64,000 nt of DNA from Coxiellaceae bacterium UBA1530. GTDB lineage: Bacteria; Pseudomonadota; Gammaproteobacteria; Coxiellales; Coxiellaceae. Shown here piece by piece: positions 1-9,634 of the stretch. Each line of letters begins with the position of its first letter. Position 1 is the first letter of the stretch. The stretch is taken from assembly GCA_002323325.1 (NCBI GenBank), contig DCQA01000017.1, positions 8,964 to 72,963 on the forward strand, read 5' to 3'. Under the pieces are notes generated by a model. The model searched no databases. It worked only from the letters and a program-made list of their open reading frames with translations, and was not told the DNA's origin. The translations under genes were made by a program, and so were the position numbers.

Positions 1-850
1 AAAGCGTTTTAACTTGATAAGGATTCAAAGCTGAACGATGCGATACTCCTTGATGATAGGATTGATTAAGTGAGTTAAATTCAATGACGGAATTAGCATA
101 ACTAATTGTTTTCTTTCCCAGATCGCCAGGATATTTATCCTGCTTGATTGTAAAAAATTGGTGTGCTGCTGTTAGAAAATCTTTACCTAATACGTGTAAG
201 CATAATTGAGATGGTCTGTGAAATGGTAGTGCTAACCCCTCTATAAGGCCGAATAAGTAAAATAAATTTACCAATTCAGCTCCTGAAAGATCACCCTTAA
301 TAAGAGCTAATTGGCGAAGAATTTCATCGAAGCTTTGAACAAACCCATTGCTTTTAAAAAAAGAAGACTGTTCCGCGCCCATCATGCTAGAAGGGCATAG
401 ACTAAGATGATTATTATTCCTAGACTCAAGCGTCAGGTAGTGCTCTAAAACACTCATCTGACAAATCTCAAGGCGCTCACTCGGGACTCTTAACCAGTCC
501 AACTCTCCCTTTTCACACAAGTTATAGAACGGAAGAATGAGCTCAGAGTACATGGCATAAAAATAAACACCCAAATAATAAAATCTCTCGGAAGATTTAC
601 CATCGGCGTCATTGAAGACTTCTTTCTTAAACTCAATGTTCTCCTCCTCACTAAGCACTGAGGCAAAAGAGTGCTCACTACCACCTAATAACCCATACTT
701 AAACATGGCTCTAGAGCGTGGCGTAGTGTTATCACCTTCTTTTGAGAACTGGTGTAACTGATTAAAAAACCACCTTACGACATGATTTGGCATTGACAAT
801 GAATAATCAAAAGATTCCTGGGATAAACGATTTCTCATAAATGTAACCAT
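1..850 (-). CDS. hypothetical protein, C-terminus cut by the window edge (candidate secreted effector)
   Basis: Checked by hand: the minus-strand frame is stop-free from 901 down to base 2 and runs off the left edge, so it is absent from the ORF track. ATG at 850 (MVTFMRNRLSQESF...) or 838. AT-rich; no domain recognised. Confidence 0.5.
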   Translation of the reverse strand, partial: MVTFMRNRLSQESFDYSLSMPNHVVRWFFNQLHQFSKEGDNTTPRSRAMFKYGLLGGSEHSFASVLSEEENIEFKKEVFNDADGKSSERFYYLGVYFYAMYSELILPFYNLCEKGELDWLRVPSERLEICQMSVLEHYLTLESRNNNHLSLCPSSMMGAEQSSFFKSNGFVQSFDEILRQLALIKGDLSGAELVNLFYLFGLIEGLALPFHRPSQLCLHVLGKDFLTAAHQFFTIKQDKYPGDLGKKTISYANSVIEFNSLNQSYHQGVSHRSALNPYQVKTL

Positions 851-934
851 TGGTAAAAAACAGAGAAAACAATCTTTGTAATCGCTGAAAACTTTATCTC
901 CTCATCTTCTTGAAAAGGTCTTCATCATCGATTA

Positions 935-1882
935 CTAAGAAATTGAACAAGTTTGGGCGTAACATTCAATGTCATCGTCTCGAAAAGTTGGGGAAAACAG
1001 AGTCTGTGGTGATGGTGAAAAAGACTCTGAATGTCTTCGACTTATCGGAGAAAAACTGTCTCCGGAACCAGTGTCAATTGTCAATGGACTAGAATCGCTG
1101 CTAGCCCCATCAGTTAGGTCATGTGAGTAATAAATCAATCGGAATAAATTTTTAATCTCTTCGACTCTAGTATCGTCATTCAAAGGGCATGTAAATGACA
1201 ACAGATTTTCTTGGAAGTTTGAAAATAAGTTTTTCGAGTGGGGTGAGGGAGCCAGCTCTGAAAGACGACGACCATACCATGATATAATAGCAATGGGCTG
1301 TATACTTATTAAGCTATCAAGATAGCCTTCGCTAATAAAAGACTCATAGATCGATTTGTCTGGAAGGTCTGTTAAATGACAAAATTCGTTATAGAGAAGC
1401 CCATTATCTTCAAGCTTTGACGACCTAGGACCACAATGACGGGGACTAAGAGAACTCTTCTTCAATTCGTGAACTATAGCTTGGTGATCAGCAATGATAC
1501 GTTGTTTCGTGTCCTCATGTCGCTCACAGTCAATGTCATTAAAGTCATAGTGCTCAAAACTTTCTTTGAGATCACCTGAAGGACTCTTGATATCCTTAAA
1601 GAGTGTCCATCGATAAAATATATCTAAGATAATCTTATCGTCGGGATGAAGCTCATAATAAAGATCGATTAACTGATTAATCTTTGAATAGACTTCGTGA
1701 TACGTTTGGAAAAACTCTTCGTCAAACTTGCATAACATACAAAGACGTTCTAACTCACGAAATGAAATGTCCAATTCCTCATCTCTGAATTTTTTCCTTG
1801 CAGTAATGAAAGCTTTATTCGACTTGACGGGTATATCGGCAAACTTAGATATTTGATAAAAATTTTGCAATGAACTATCCAC
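935..1882 (-). CDS. hypothetical protein ending in a CaaX-type box (C-S-I-S)
   Basis: 315-aa ORF with a GTG start at 1882. Ser-rich acidic C-terminal third. Last four residues are CSIS. No catalytic domain recognised. Confidence 0.7.
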   Translation of the reverse strand: MDSSLQNFYQISKFADIPVKSNKAFITARKKFRDEELDISFRELERLCMLCKFDEEFFQTYHEVYSKINQLIDLYYELHPDDKIILDIFYRWTLFKDIKSPSGDLKESFEHYDFNDIDCERHEDTKQRIIADHQAIVHELKKSSLSPRHCGPRSSKLEDNGLLYNEFCHLTDLPDKSIYESFISEGYLDSLISIQPIAIISWYGRRLSELAPSPHSKNLFSNFQENLLSFTCPLNDDTRVEEIKNLFRLIYYSHDLTDGASSDSSPLTIDTGSGDSFSPISRRHSESFSPSPQTLFSPTFRDDDIECYAQTCSIS

Positions 1883-2009
1883 AGAAAAATTAAAAAGAGT
1901 TTTGTCTGGGGTGATAATACAAAAAAAAAAGACCGATTAAAATTAAGGGAACATGAAATTTATGCTAAAAACAGATTAATTATAAAAATCCACTGTATTT
2001 TTATAACTT

Positions 2010-5000
2010 TTAGCAGATAATTCCTCTAGAAGATGCTTGCGGTGGTTTTAATGGCAAACTTATGCGCACCGCCTGATCTCTCATGAGAGATAGTTTTTGC
2101 AACCCTTTATTACTTTCAGACGTAGAAATAAAGGATTCCTTCAATTCGAAAAGTTTCATCCGTTTTTGTTGAACAACCGTTCGTTTTTTTTCATACTCCT
2201 TCTCTTGGCTTTGAAGACGAGACACTGAGATAAAGCATAGGGGGAGGAATAGGAATAATGCAGAAACACAAATAATTACAGTAGGGGACCACGGTCTGGG
2301 GTCATTAATAACCAGTCGCTCTATTTGCTGATTAATAATGTAAGCTGGGTTACGAGGTTGGTGTTTTGAATAATCTGACTTTTTTAGTGTAAATGCCTGA
2401 GATAACGTACCCTTCAACTCACTATCTAATTCATAACGGTTCAGTAATGTGTTTGCAATACAATACACATTCCGCCAGTAAAGCTCTTCTATTTTTACTT
2501 GGATTTTAGTTAGTAAAACATCGTGCTCTTCGTCATTAGGTGTCTTTACTTGTGTTAAGAAAGTCTCAAGCTCCTTGTCAACATCTTCAGGCTTACCGAT
2601 GTAATAAACCGCCCAATCAATGAATGACTGCCTTATACGAATTGAATGTTTAGTATCATCATCCAGCGAATTAGATATTGCATGGAAGTATGCAGCATTA
2701 ATTTTATCACTGTCATCACAGGAAACATGTAATCCATTCAAAACCTGAATTTGAGTAGAATATGTGATTTTTCGTATTGCTAATGATTCAAGCTCTTGAA
2801 TGCGACACCATAAAAAATAGATTTTATGGTATTCCGTTTTGAAAGACATATCATCAATACTCATTATTGAAGAATGCTTCAAATCACTGATAGTGGCTAG
2901 ATACATCTGAATGCAGGATAACATCTGCTCTTCCAAAGATCTCAGTATATCTTTGGAAAACAATAGCGGATTGGTCAGATAAGAATCTGTTTCTGTAGAA
3001 TCTGATCGCGATAATCTTGCTATGGCCTTTGAATCGAAACCTAAAAATTTGAGGCCTTCCTGTGAAACACCCTGATTAAAGAAATCTTCTAATGAAAACG
3101 AACACATTGTACAAAGGTCTAGCAATGGAATGTTCGCACTAATGAAGTCTGTAAGACTACAGCCAGCTTCTTTCATTGCTTGGAGGGAGTAACCCACTTT
3201 ATGTAACTGCACGATACGTGAAGCATCAAAAAACTCATCTCGTGTTATGCCTTTTTCAACAAAGAAAGATCTTAATCTTTCAATGGTTAGGCCATTATTA
3301 AAGCAGTAAGCAAAAAAATGGTATTGGGCTAAACTTGCCTTGACCTCATCACTGATGGTTTTTTTAGCCTGAGAAAAAGATCCATGTATCGTTGGATAAC
3401 CTGCTTCATGTAATTCAGTCGCAGTAAACCCAGCAGACAGCAAGTGATCTATGGAGAATAAAGCCGGCACAGCATTATGAAGACCTACTAAGAGGCGCCA
3501 TCTTTTCTTATTCTCTGATGAAAAATTTTCTTCACAGTGGCAATCATCCCACACATCTTCAAGATCCTGCTGAACATCGTGAGCCGAGCTCAACAACGAT
3601 CGAATAACTTGAGAAGAAAAAAGTTTAGAATTGAAAGCTTTTTTCGTAAGCACTTGCTTAGGTATTTTCATGTAGAGTCTTTTCAAGGCAGTATCATTGT
3701 CATTTACAAGTATGCTCTCTATTTGATCCTTGAAGCCATCTTGAAACTGTGTTTTTTGATCATTGAAGCTGTTTGGTTGGATTTTTTTAGCGACCCACGC
3801 GACAAGAAAAAATTCAATCTGATCAATCACTTGCTTTAGCCTTTCATGAACCTCACACTGAATGTTGGCACCAAAATTCATTTGTGTCATGAAATAATCG
3901 ACTAAATGATTTTTCATGATAAGAGTATCCTGTTCAAGATGACCCAAAGTTTGTTGTGATGTTGATGAGTAAAGACAAGTACTGACCAAGTCGAGGAAAC
4001 TGTAATTAGATTGATCGGGTTTAACTGAACCACTACCCACTAGTTGATCTGAAAAAATCTTTTTATTAAGGTCACGCTGAAGTCTATATCGGAATTCTCG
4101 CGCAAGGATGATACGTTTTTGCCTGTGACTGGGTTCAACTGCTCCGATTGGCCACTTTACCACGGGTTCACTTTCGCTATCTGAATATGAATATGGAAGT
4201 ACGACGTCATCGCTTTGAGAATACTGAATACTTCGCGGCAAATGGGTAATCCTGTCCGTTGCTTTAACCGACTCAATCCAATTCTTTAATGCCTGCGTAT
4301 AAAAGGCCTGATATTTATTCTCATCAAATCCAGTAACTGTACTGGTTAATTGCGCTTCGAACTTAATGCTTGAAAGATCTGCCTGGTAAGGTGAGATTCT
4401 CCAAATAGACAACAATGCCAAGCCAGGCAAAGACAATAGACCATCGAGGGCTTTTGGTGAATGCTTAAGAACATGTACTATTTCATTAAAGTTCAACAAA
4501 CCACTACCTATGGCATGATAACAAGATTCCGTATTGAGAACAGTCTTGAGTTTATCTAAACTCTTTGAAGAGAGCTTGAGCAATAAACCTGCATCTAAGG
4601 TGGTAACCCCACTCGACATGAATAAATTAGAAAAACATGGCGAGCTAAGAAAATGTTTAACATTTTTATTTTTAACCAACGTTTGACGATCTTTGTCTGA
4701 AATCAAACCAACAGTCACGAGGTGATCAATTGTGTCACCTCCGTTATGGAGGTATGATAGTTTTGCATCCAGACATAGTTTGAGATCGATGTTTTTTCTG
4801 ATACGAACAGCATTGGATTGTTGATCTGCAAACTCTCTTCTATTCAGCTTGTATCCGTTAAATCGGTAACGCCTATCTTGACTAAGACATTCTTTGGGTG
4901 TTTTCGATCGAGCGTTTTTAAGTGCAATCTGCAATGTAACATCGCTATCTTGATCTATTGTCGGCATCAGAACACATGATTGATGAAGTCCATTGGCATC

Positions 5001-5279
5001 GTCTTGCTTTTTAAGGATCGACTTTAAATTATCACCGTGCTTATATTTGGGAAAATTTTCTGGTGATGAGTGAAAAAACTCTGCAGCTGGGTTTTGAAAA
5101 GTGACCTGTTTGTCAAAATAGTCACCTTGGACAGCACACTCCGAGCTTGTGAATGATCGATCAGTGAGGGGGCTATCTGAACGTAATGACTTTATAGGAG
5201 AGGCGCTGGACTCTCGATCTGTAAGATCTTCCTCTTGATGAGGGTCGTCTGATATGACTACGCTGCTAATGTTTGTCAT
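2010..5279 (-). CDS. large (1089 aa) repeat-containing, C-terminally membrane-anchored hypothetical protein (candidate effector)
   Basis: Long uninterrupted ORF with a Ser/Asp-rich N-terminus. Degenerate helical repeats (AGFTATELHEAGYPT, VGYSLQAMKEAGCSLTDF, GVTTLDAGLLLKLSSKSLDKL). One hydrophobic helix (PTVIICVSALFLFLPLCFISV) near the C-terminus, followed by a basic coiled tail. Confidence 0.85.
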   Translation of the reverse strand: MTNISSVVISDDPHQEEDLTDRESSASPIKSLRSDSPLTDRSFTSSECAVQGDYFDKQVTFQNPAAEFFHSSPENFPKYKHGDNLKSILKKQDDANGLHQSCVLMPTIDQDSDVTLQIALKNARSKTPKECLSQDRRYRFNGYKLNRREFADQQSNAVRIRKNIDLKLCLDAKLSYLHNGGDTIDHLVTVGLISDKDRQTLVKNKNVKHFLSSPCFSNLFMSSGVTTLDAGLLLKLSSKSLDKLKTVLNTESCYHAIGSGLLNFNEIVHVLKHSPKALDGLLSLPGLALLSIWRISPYQADLSSIKFEAQLTSTVTGFDENKYQAFYTQALKNWIESVKATDRITHLPRSIQYSQSDDVVLPYSYSDSESEPVVKWPIGAVEPSHRQKRIILAREFRYRLQRDLNKKIFSDQLVGSGSVKPDQSNYSFLDLVSTCLYSSTSQQTLGHLEQDTLIMKNHLVDYFMTQMNFGANIQCEVHERLKQVIDQIEFFLVAWVAKKIQPNSFNDQKTQFQDGFKDQIESILVNDNDTALKRLYMKIPKQVLTKKAFNSKLFSSQVIRSLLSSAHDVQQDLEDVWDDCHCEENFSSENKKRWRLLVGLHNAVPALFSIDHLLSAGFTATELHEAGYPTIHGSFSQAKKTISDEVKASLAQYHFFAYCFNNGLTIERLRSFFVEKGITRDEFFDASRIVQLHKVGYSLQAMKEAGCSLTDFISANIPLLDLCTMCSFSLEDFFNQGVSQEGLKFLGFDSKAIARLSRSDSTETDSYLTNPLLFSKDILRSLEEQMLSCIQMYLATISDLKHSSIMSIDDMSFKTEYHKIYFLWCRIQELESLAIRKITYSTQIQVLNGLHVSCDDSDKINAAYFHAISNSLDDDTKHSIRIRQSFIDWAVYYIGKPEDVDKELETFLTQVKTPNDEEHDVLLTKIQVKIEELYWRNVYCIANTLLNRYELDSELKGTLSQAFTLKKSDYSKHQPRNPAYIINQQIERLVINDPRPWSPTVIICVSALFLFLPLCFISVSRLQSQEKEYEKKRTVVQQKRMKLFELKESFISTSESNKGLQKLSLMRDQAVRISLPLKPPQASSRGIIC

Positions 5280-5313
5280 TTCACCACCACATCCCTTTAT
5301 TATGGATGAGGTT

Positions 5314-5345
5314 ATGTTACCAAATGTTTATTAAATTAATCTTAA
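5314..5345 (-). promoter_or_regulatory. PmrA-type tandem TTAA[T/G] box plus -10 upstream of the 1089-aa ORF
   Basis: Coding strand 5345->5314 reads TTAAGATTAATTTAAT-AAACATTTGG-TAACAT. The pentamers start 11 nt apart, and 34 nt separate the -10 from the ATG at 5279. Confidence 0.45.
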
Positions 5346-5508
5346 ATCAATTATTTAACTCTATTATAGCGCCATAATTGAACACTTTATAGGCTATATA
5401 GTGTGCGCGCGTCATTAAATCCGTTGAATGTAAACCAAAAACAAGTAGCTATTTACAAATATCCATGATCTCGTACTATAGGATCGTCTTAAAAAAGGAA
5501 AAAATCTT

Positions 5509-6219
5509 ATGCCTAGCGAAATTCTCACGCAAACAACCCATCATCAAACTTTTTTGCACTTTATCTCACACCCAGAACACTCTCCCGCGAAAGGCATTGT
5601 CTTACTTGCTCCAACTTGGGCGGGTCGAGATACTTTTCTCTGCAATAAAGCCGATGAGTTAACACAATTAGGATATATTGGAATTGCTTTAGACCTTTAC
5701 GGCGACGGTACCGTTGGTCAATCCAATGAGGAAAATAATCAATTGATGTCACCACTCATGTCCAATCGAAAACAGCTTCATGCTATCCTTCTGGGTGCTG
5801 TAGAGACGATAAAAAATCAACCTTTTGCAAAACACCTTTCCCTAGCCGCTATTGGTTTCTGTTTTGGCGGGTTGTGTGTATTAGATCTCGCCCGAATCAA
5901 TGCAGAAGTGACTGGTGTTGTTAGCTTTCATGGCTTACTTTCTCCACCTGAAAACTTGACTACTGAAGAGATCAAACCAATGGTGCTTACACTTCATGGA
6001 TACCAAGACCCAATGGCCACACCTGCACAATTACAGGCTTTCCAGGAGGAAATGCTCACCCATAACGCTAACTGGGAGGTATGCTCTTATGGCCAAGCGC
6101 TTCATGCGTTCACCAACCCTAGCGCTAATGATCCCGAATTTGGAACTGTTTATCATGCAGAAATCAGTGAGCGGGCTTGGCAGCGTATGAATAGTTTTCT
6201 ACATGCGTGTTTCTCATGA
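5509..6219 (+). CDS. dienelactone hydrolase family protein
   Basis: 236 aa. Alpha/beta-hydrolase pattern with a Cys-type nucleophile elbow (AIGFCFGGLC). Downstream D and H motifs (LHGYQDP, ALHAF). Confidence 0.85.
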   Translation: MPSEILTQTTHHQTFLHFISHPEHSPAKGIVLLAPTWAGRDTFLCNKADELTQLGYIGIALDLYGDGTVGQSNEENNQLMSPLMSNRKQLHAILLGAVETIKNQPFAKHLSLAAIGFCFGGLCVLDLARINAEVTGVVSFHGLLSPPENLTTEEIKPMVLTLHGYQDPMATPAQLQAFQEEMLTHNANWEVCSYGQALHAFTNPSANDPEFGTVYHAEISERAWQRMNSFLHACFS

Positions 6220-6246
6220 TGCGCCATCAACAGAGATAATAACTAA

Positions 6247-6963
6247 ATGCGTGATAATACAACGTACTTTGAGATTGAGCTATTTCCATTTTTGGTGACA
6301 TTGGCAGGTTTTTCATGCTTACTCTGGTTAAGCTATCTCCTCGTAGCCGATGAAATCCTGATAAAAAATTCTCACCGTAATAAGTCGACCCTTAAGAGTT
6401 GTCTTAAAGAAGGCTCAGGTCAGACTTTAAATAAATCCGTGCGATTTTCAAAAACAGTTGAAGAAAAATACGCTGAGGCTCTTCATGATATCACTTCTCA
6501 AAAAAAACTTGTGAAAAAACAGTTTAATTCGATATACTCAACCCTCTTAGAATCTGAGGATATAAAAGATCACTCCAATCGAATACGGCATTCCATTCTA
6601 CAGCTTGCTGTTCTGCTTGCAGAAAGAGAAATCATCACACGGCATCAAAAAAACAATAAGCTGTATAATAGCAACGACATCAGCGACTCACTGTTTGAAA
6701 ACATTGGTATTATCACTAGTCATCTGATCGCTATAGATCTGCAGATAAAAAAATTAATGCCAGTTATCGAAACACTTCCTAAGCATCACCCAAACCACTC
6801 AACAAAAACACCCTTTATCAAACAACGTATCAGTGATCACGTTTATCATGCCGTGATTGACACATGGAGAAAAAACGAACAAGTGTTTTTAGATAGTAAC
6901 ATTGAGCAAGATACATACAACTTAACGCGTGACCTAATCGGCTTATCACATTTCGAGCCATAA
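6247..6963 (+). CDS. hypothetical protein with an N-terminal membrane anchor
   Basis: 238-aa ORF. Hydrophobic helix LFPFLVTLAGFSCLLWLSYLLVA. The rest is charged and helical. No known domain recognised. Confidence 0.65.
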   Translation: MRDNTTYFEIELFPFLVTLAGFSCLLWLSYLLVADEILIKNSHRNKSTLKSCLKEGSGQTLNKSVRFSKTVEEKYAEALHDITSQKKLVKKQFNSIYSTLLESEDIKDHSNRIRHSILQLAVLLAEREIITRHQKNNKLYNSNDISDSLFENIGIITSHLIAIDLQIKKLMPVIETLPKHHPNHSTKTPFIKQRISDHVYHAVIDTWRKNEQVFLDSNIEQDTYNLTRDLIGLSHFEP

Positions 6964-7011
6964 GATGACCCAATGATAATTAAAGACATATTGGCATTAA
7001 AAAAAGATTAA

Positions 7012-8097
7012 TTGCCCAACACTTTCCACAAAGACTTGAAAAACAGACTCAGAACCTTAAGATCCGGTATCCTGATCACAAAAATGACCTTCTCAAACAT
7101 GCTGCTTTATTTTTCTCTCAATCTCACACAGTATCTGATCTCTGGCTCCCCACAGAAAAAAGAATTATCTACTCCCTATAATAATCCTAATTCCTGGACT
7201 GGACTATCCACAAAATTCGATAACCGGCACCTTATCCCTAAAACACCCATTATCAACCACTATGATCTACTCAGAGAAAATACAAAAAAACTCATAAACA
7301 GTCCTATAAAATCAACAAATGATCTACCTCCTCCAAAAGCAATACGGCATCAAAAACTCGAGAAAAAAACGGTTAAATTCGACTTAGTCAGCGAGATAGA
7401 GCAAACTCAATTAGAACAAAGAAGAAATATCATTGATCAAGCATTCAAACAGCTGGTTAGAAAAAACCTTATCACGTTGCAATCATTACCTACGATAAAA
7501 AATACTCACCCGAGTTTTTTTATTGATGCAGGCACCAATATCTGCAGAATAATGAATAAGCAACATATTGCAGAGGATTATCGCGAATATGCTATTAACA
7601 GAAGATGGGACGACCTTCTTTTACACGTTTACAGTCTTCAACAGATGGCTGAGCTAACGTCACTTGAAGCTGTTACTCTGATAACACGAAAAATCATAGC
7701 ACTATTCAACCAACAGACGTCACAACCCATCGATGAACCAACAGCAAAAAATATCACTCAACAAGTCTATGAGGGTATCCCTATTAAAACACCTGAGCTC
7801 CTATCATCATATGCAAGACGTCAATACAGCGTCTTTCTGCAAGAACATAATCCACGCAATTCACAAGATGAATGGTGGCATTCAATCTCACATCTTGTAC
7901 AGGCAGCTATACATTGGATTCTAACAGCACTGCATTATGAAGATACAATGCCAACCCAACACATTACACAGTTCTGGGATTGTTTGTGCCAATCTATTCA
8001 TAATAAGATTGAGCTTCATGCGGATCAGCTGATAAAGCAATATGCAAAGGAAATACAATCACAAGAGGTAGAATCTTTCATAGCTCACCCACAGTGA
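7012..8097 (+). CDS. hypothetical protein
   Basis: 361-aa ORF from TTG 7012; the first ATG is at 7084 (MTFSNMLLYF). AT-rich. No domain recognised. Confidence 0.6.
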   Translation: MPNTFHKDLKNRLRTLRSGILITKMTFSNMLLYFSLNLTQYLISGSPQKKELSTPYNNPNSWTGLSTKFDNRHLIPKTPIINHYDLLRENTKKLINSPIKSTNDLPPPKAIRHQKLEKKTVKFDLVSEIEQTQLEQRRNIIDQAFKQLVRKNLITLQSLPTIKNTHPSFFIDAGTNICRIMNKQHIAEDYREYAINRRWDDLLLHVYSLQQMAELTSLEAVTLITRKIIALFNQQTSQPIDEPTAKNITQQVYEGIPIKTPELLSSYARRQYSVFLQEHNPRNSQDEWWHSISHLVQAAIHWILTALHYEDTMPTQHITQFWDCLCQSIHNKIELHADQLIKQYAKEIQSQEVESFIAHPQ

Positions 8098-8134
8098 ATC
8101 ATCTTTTAAAACTGCACGTTGTTTTGAGCAAAGT

Positions 8135-8503
8135 TTAATCGACTTCCCATGGGAGATTAGCCTCTCGCCAAGCACGAACCCCACCCCGCATCGAGTAAAT
8201 ATTGCTGTACCCCATCAATTGAAGGCTGTGTGCTGAAAGCGCAGACCGATAACCTCCCCCACAGTATAGAACTATAGACGCACTCTTATCATTAATTAAC
8301 GTAGCAATATCTCTCTCTAGAATCCCCCTACCTAAGTGCTGAGCCCCAGGTAAGTGCCCCTTTTCCCATTCATGATCTTCACGAACATCGATGACTAATG
8401 CTGTATTTTTTTCCAAATGATCCTCAACATTTAGAATGGAAATCTCTTTCACAGCGCTCAAAGCCTGCTCACACAAAATAATAAAATCCTGATCATGTTT
8501 CAT
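8135..8503 (-). CDS. rhodanese-domain sulfurtransferase
   Basis: 122 aa. Rhodanese fold motifs DVREDHEW..GHLPGA and the active-site loop YCGGGYRS. Confidence 0.85.
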   Translation of the reverse strand: MKHDQDFIILCEQALSAVKEISILNVEDHLEKNTALVIDVREDHEWEKGHLPGAQHLGRGILERDIATLINDKSASIVLYCGGGYRSALSAHSLQLMGYSNIYSMRGGVRAWREANLPWEVD

Positions 8504-8506
8504 AGG

Positions 8507-9604
8507 TCACTCCTCTGCATATTTTTTCTTCCCAAACACATACATTAAAATTGGCAATATGATGAGGATATAAACACAGAATATACCTGCATACGCCAAG
8601 GCAGTCGTAAATAGTTCCGGCTTCAGTAATACCACAAGAAATGGTGGTGCGTAGGTTAATAGAAAAATCATCGCGCCTTGCCTTCCTCGACGCTTTAGAT
8701 GAAAGCCATCAGCAAAGAAATCCATTAAGCATATGGATACACCCAAAAAAGAGGTGAGGGCACAAATGGAAACAAGAATGGTACCAAAAGCCAAAACTAC
8801 ATGCTGTTGACCCAAGGCATATAAGCTTTTTAGTAACAGAGTGATAGTATGTGGTGAATTGACCATGGCGATAAGACCATTAGGGCCACTACCAGGAATA
8901 GCACTTTGAACAACAGCAACCCAGATGAGATAAATCAACAATGGTATTAAGCTACCAATGATCACCACACGCTTTAGCTTAACCACATCACTGCCTAAAT
9001 AGGAGCGAATACTTGGTAAAATCACTGCGAATCCAAATGAGGTAATCATTACCATGAAGATAGAAGGTGACGATTGGAAACCACCCTGATATAAATTACT
9101 CAGGGAAGAGTGTGGGATTAGTGCGAACACGACGACAAAAAACATACCTAGCTTCACAGCCATCAATGCACGATTGAGATAATCCGCTGAGCTAATACCC
9201 GTATACACAACGCCCCCCAAAACAAGAGTCACCAGTAATGAAGCCTGCCAAAAATATAAGGGGAGCTTTAAAGCACCTAAAAGACCCTGGGCTAAATCTG
9301 AGGCGCCGGCTAAATAAGCACAAATAAGACTGTAGAGAAGCAGTAAATACACCACCCACGTCACCATTGACATGGCTTTTCCCAGTGTTTTTTCGGTCAT
9401 TGTAATGAGGTTGGCGCCCTCTGGCATCCATAGATTCACTCGCAACAACGTCCATGCACCAACCGTCATAATTGCCCATGCAAATAATAATAAAACACCT
9501 GTTAATGAAAATGACTGGCCTGCTGTCACCACAGGCAGGGCTAACATAGCAGCACCTATACAGGTGCCTAAAATTAACAACACACTTCCGATTTGCTTAT
9601 TCAT
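8507..9604 (-). CDS. aromatic amino acid (tyrosine/tryptophan-type) HAAAP-family permease
   Basis: 365 aa, polytopic. The N-terminus GSVLLILGTCIGAAMLALPVVTAG closely resembles the TyrP/Mtr/TnaB signature. Confidence 0.8.
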   Translation of the reverse strand: MNKQIGSVLLILGTCIGAAMLALPVVTAGQSFSLTGVLLLFAWAIMTVGAWTLLRVNLWMPEGANLITMTEKTLGKAMSMVTWVVYLLLLYSLICAYLAGASDLAQGLLGALKLPLYFWQASLLVTLVLGGVVYTGISSADYLNRALMAVKLGMFFVVVFALIPHSSLSNLYQGGFQSSPSIFMVMITSFGFAVILPSIRSYLGSDVVKLKRVVIIGSLIPLLIYLIWVAVVQSAIPGSGPNGLIAMVNSPHTITLLLKSLYALGQQHVVLAFGTILVSICALTSFLGVSICLMDFFADGFHLKRRGRQGAMIFLLTYAPPFLVVLLKPELFTTALAYAGIFCVYILIILPILMYVFGKKKYAEE

Positions 9605-9634
9605 GACTTCCCTTGTATTACATCCCTGCTAGCA

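Noticed and set aside
1921-1930. A10 homopolymer in the spacer upstream of the 315-aa CaaX ORF, and a T10 run at 48340-48349 within a tgatttttt..aaaaaatca palindrome.
   Set aside because: Homopolymers of this length are expected in AT-rich intergenic DNA. Without population data there is no evidence for slipped-strand regulation.
2010-2024. C-terminal ...RGIIC of the 1089-aa protein as a possible lipidation motif.
   Set aside because: The cysteine is the very last residue, not at position -4, so it is neither a CaaX box nor a CC/CxC Rab-type motif. It is probably fortuitous.
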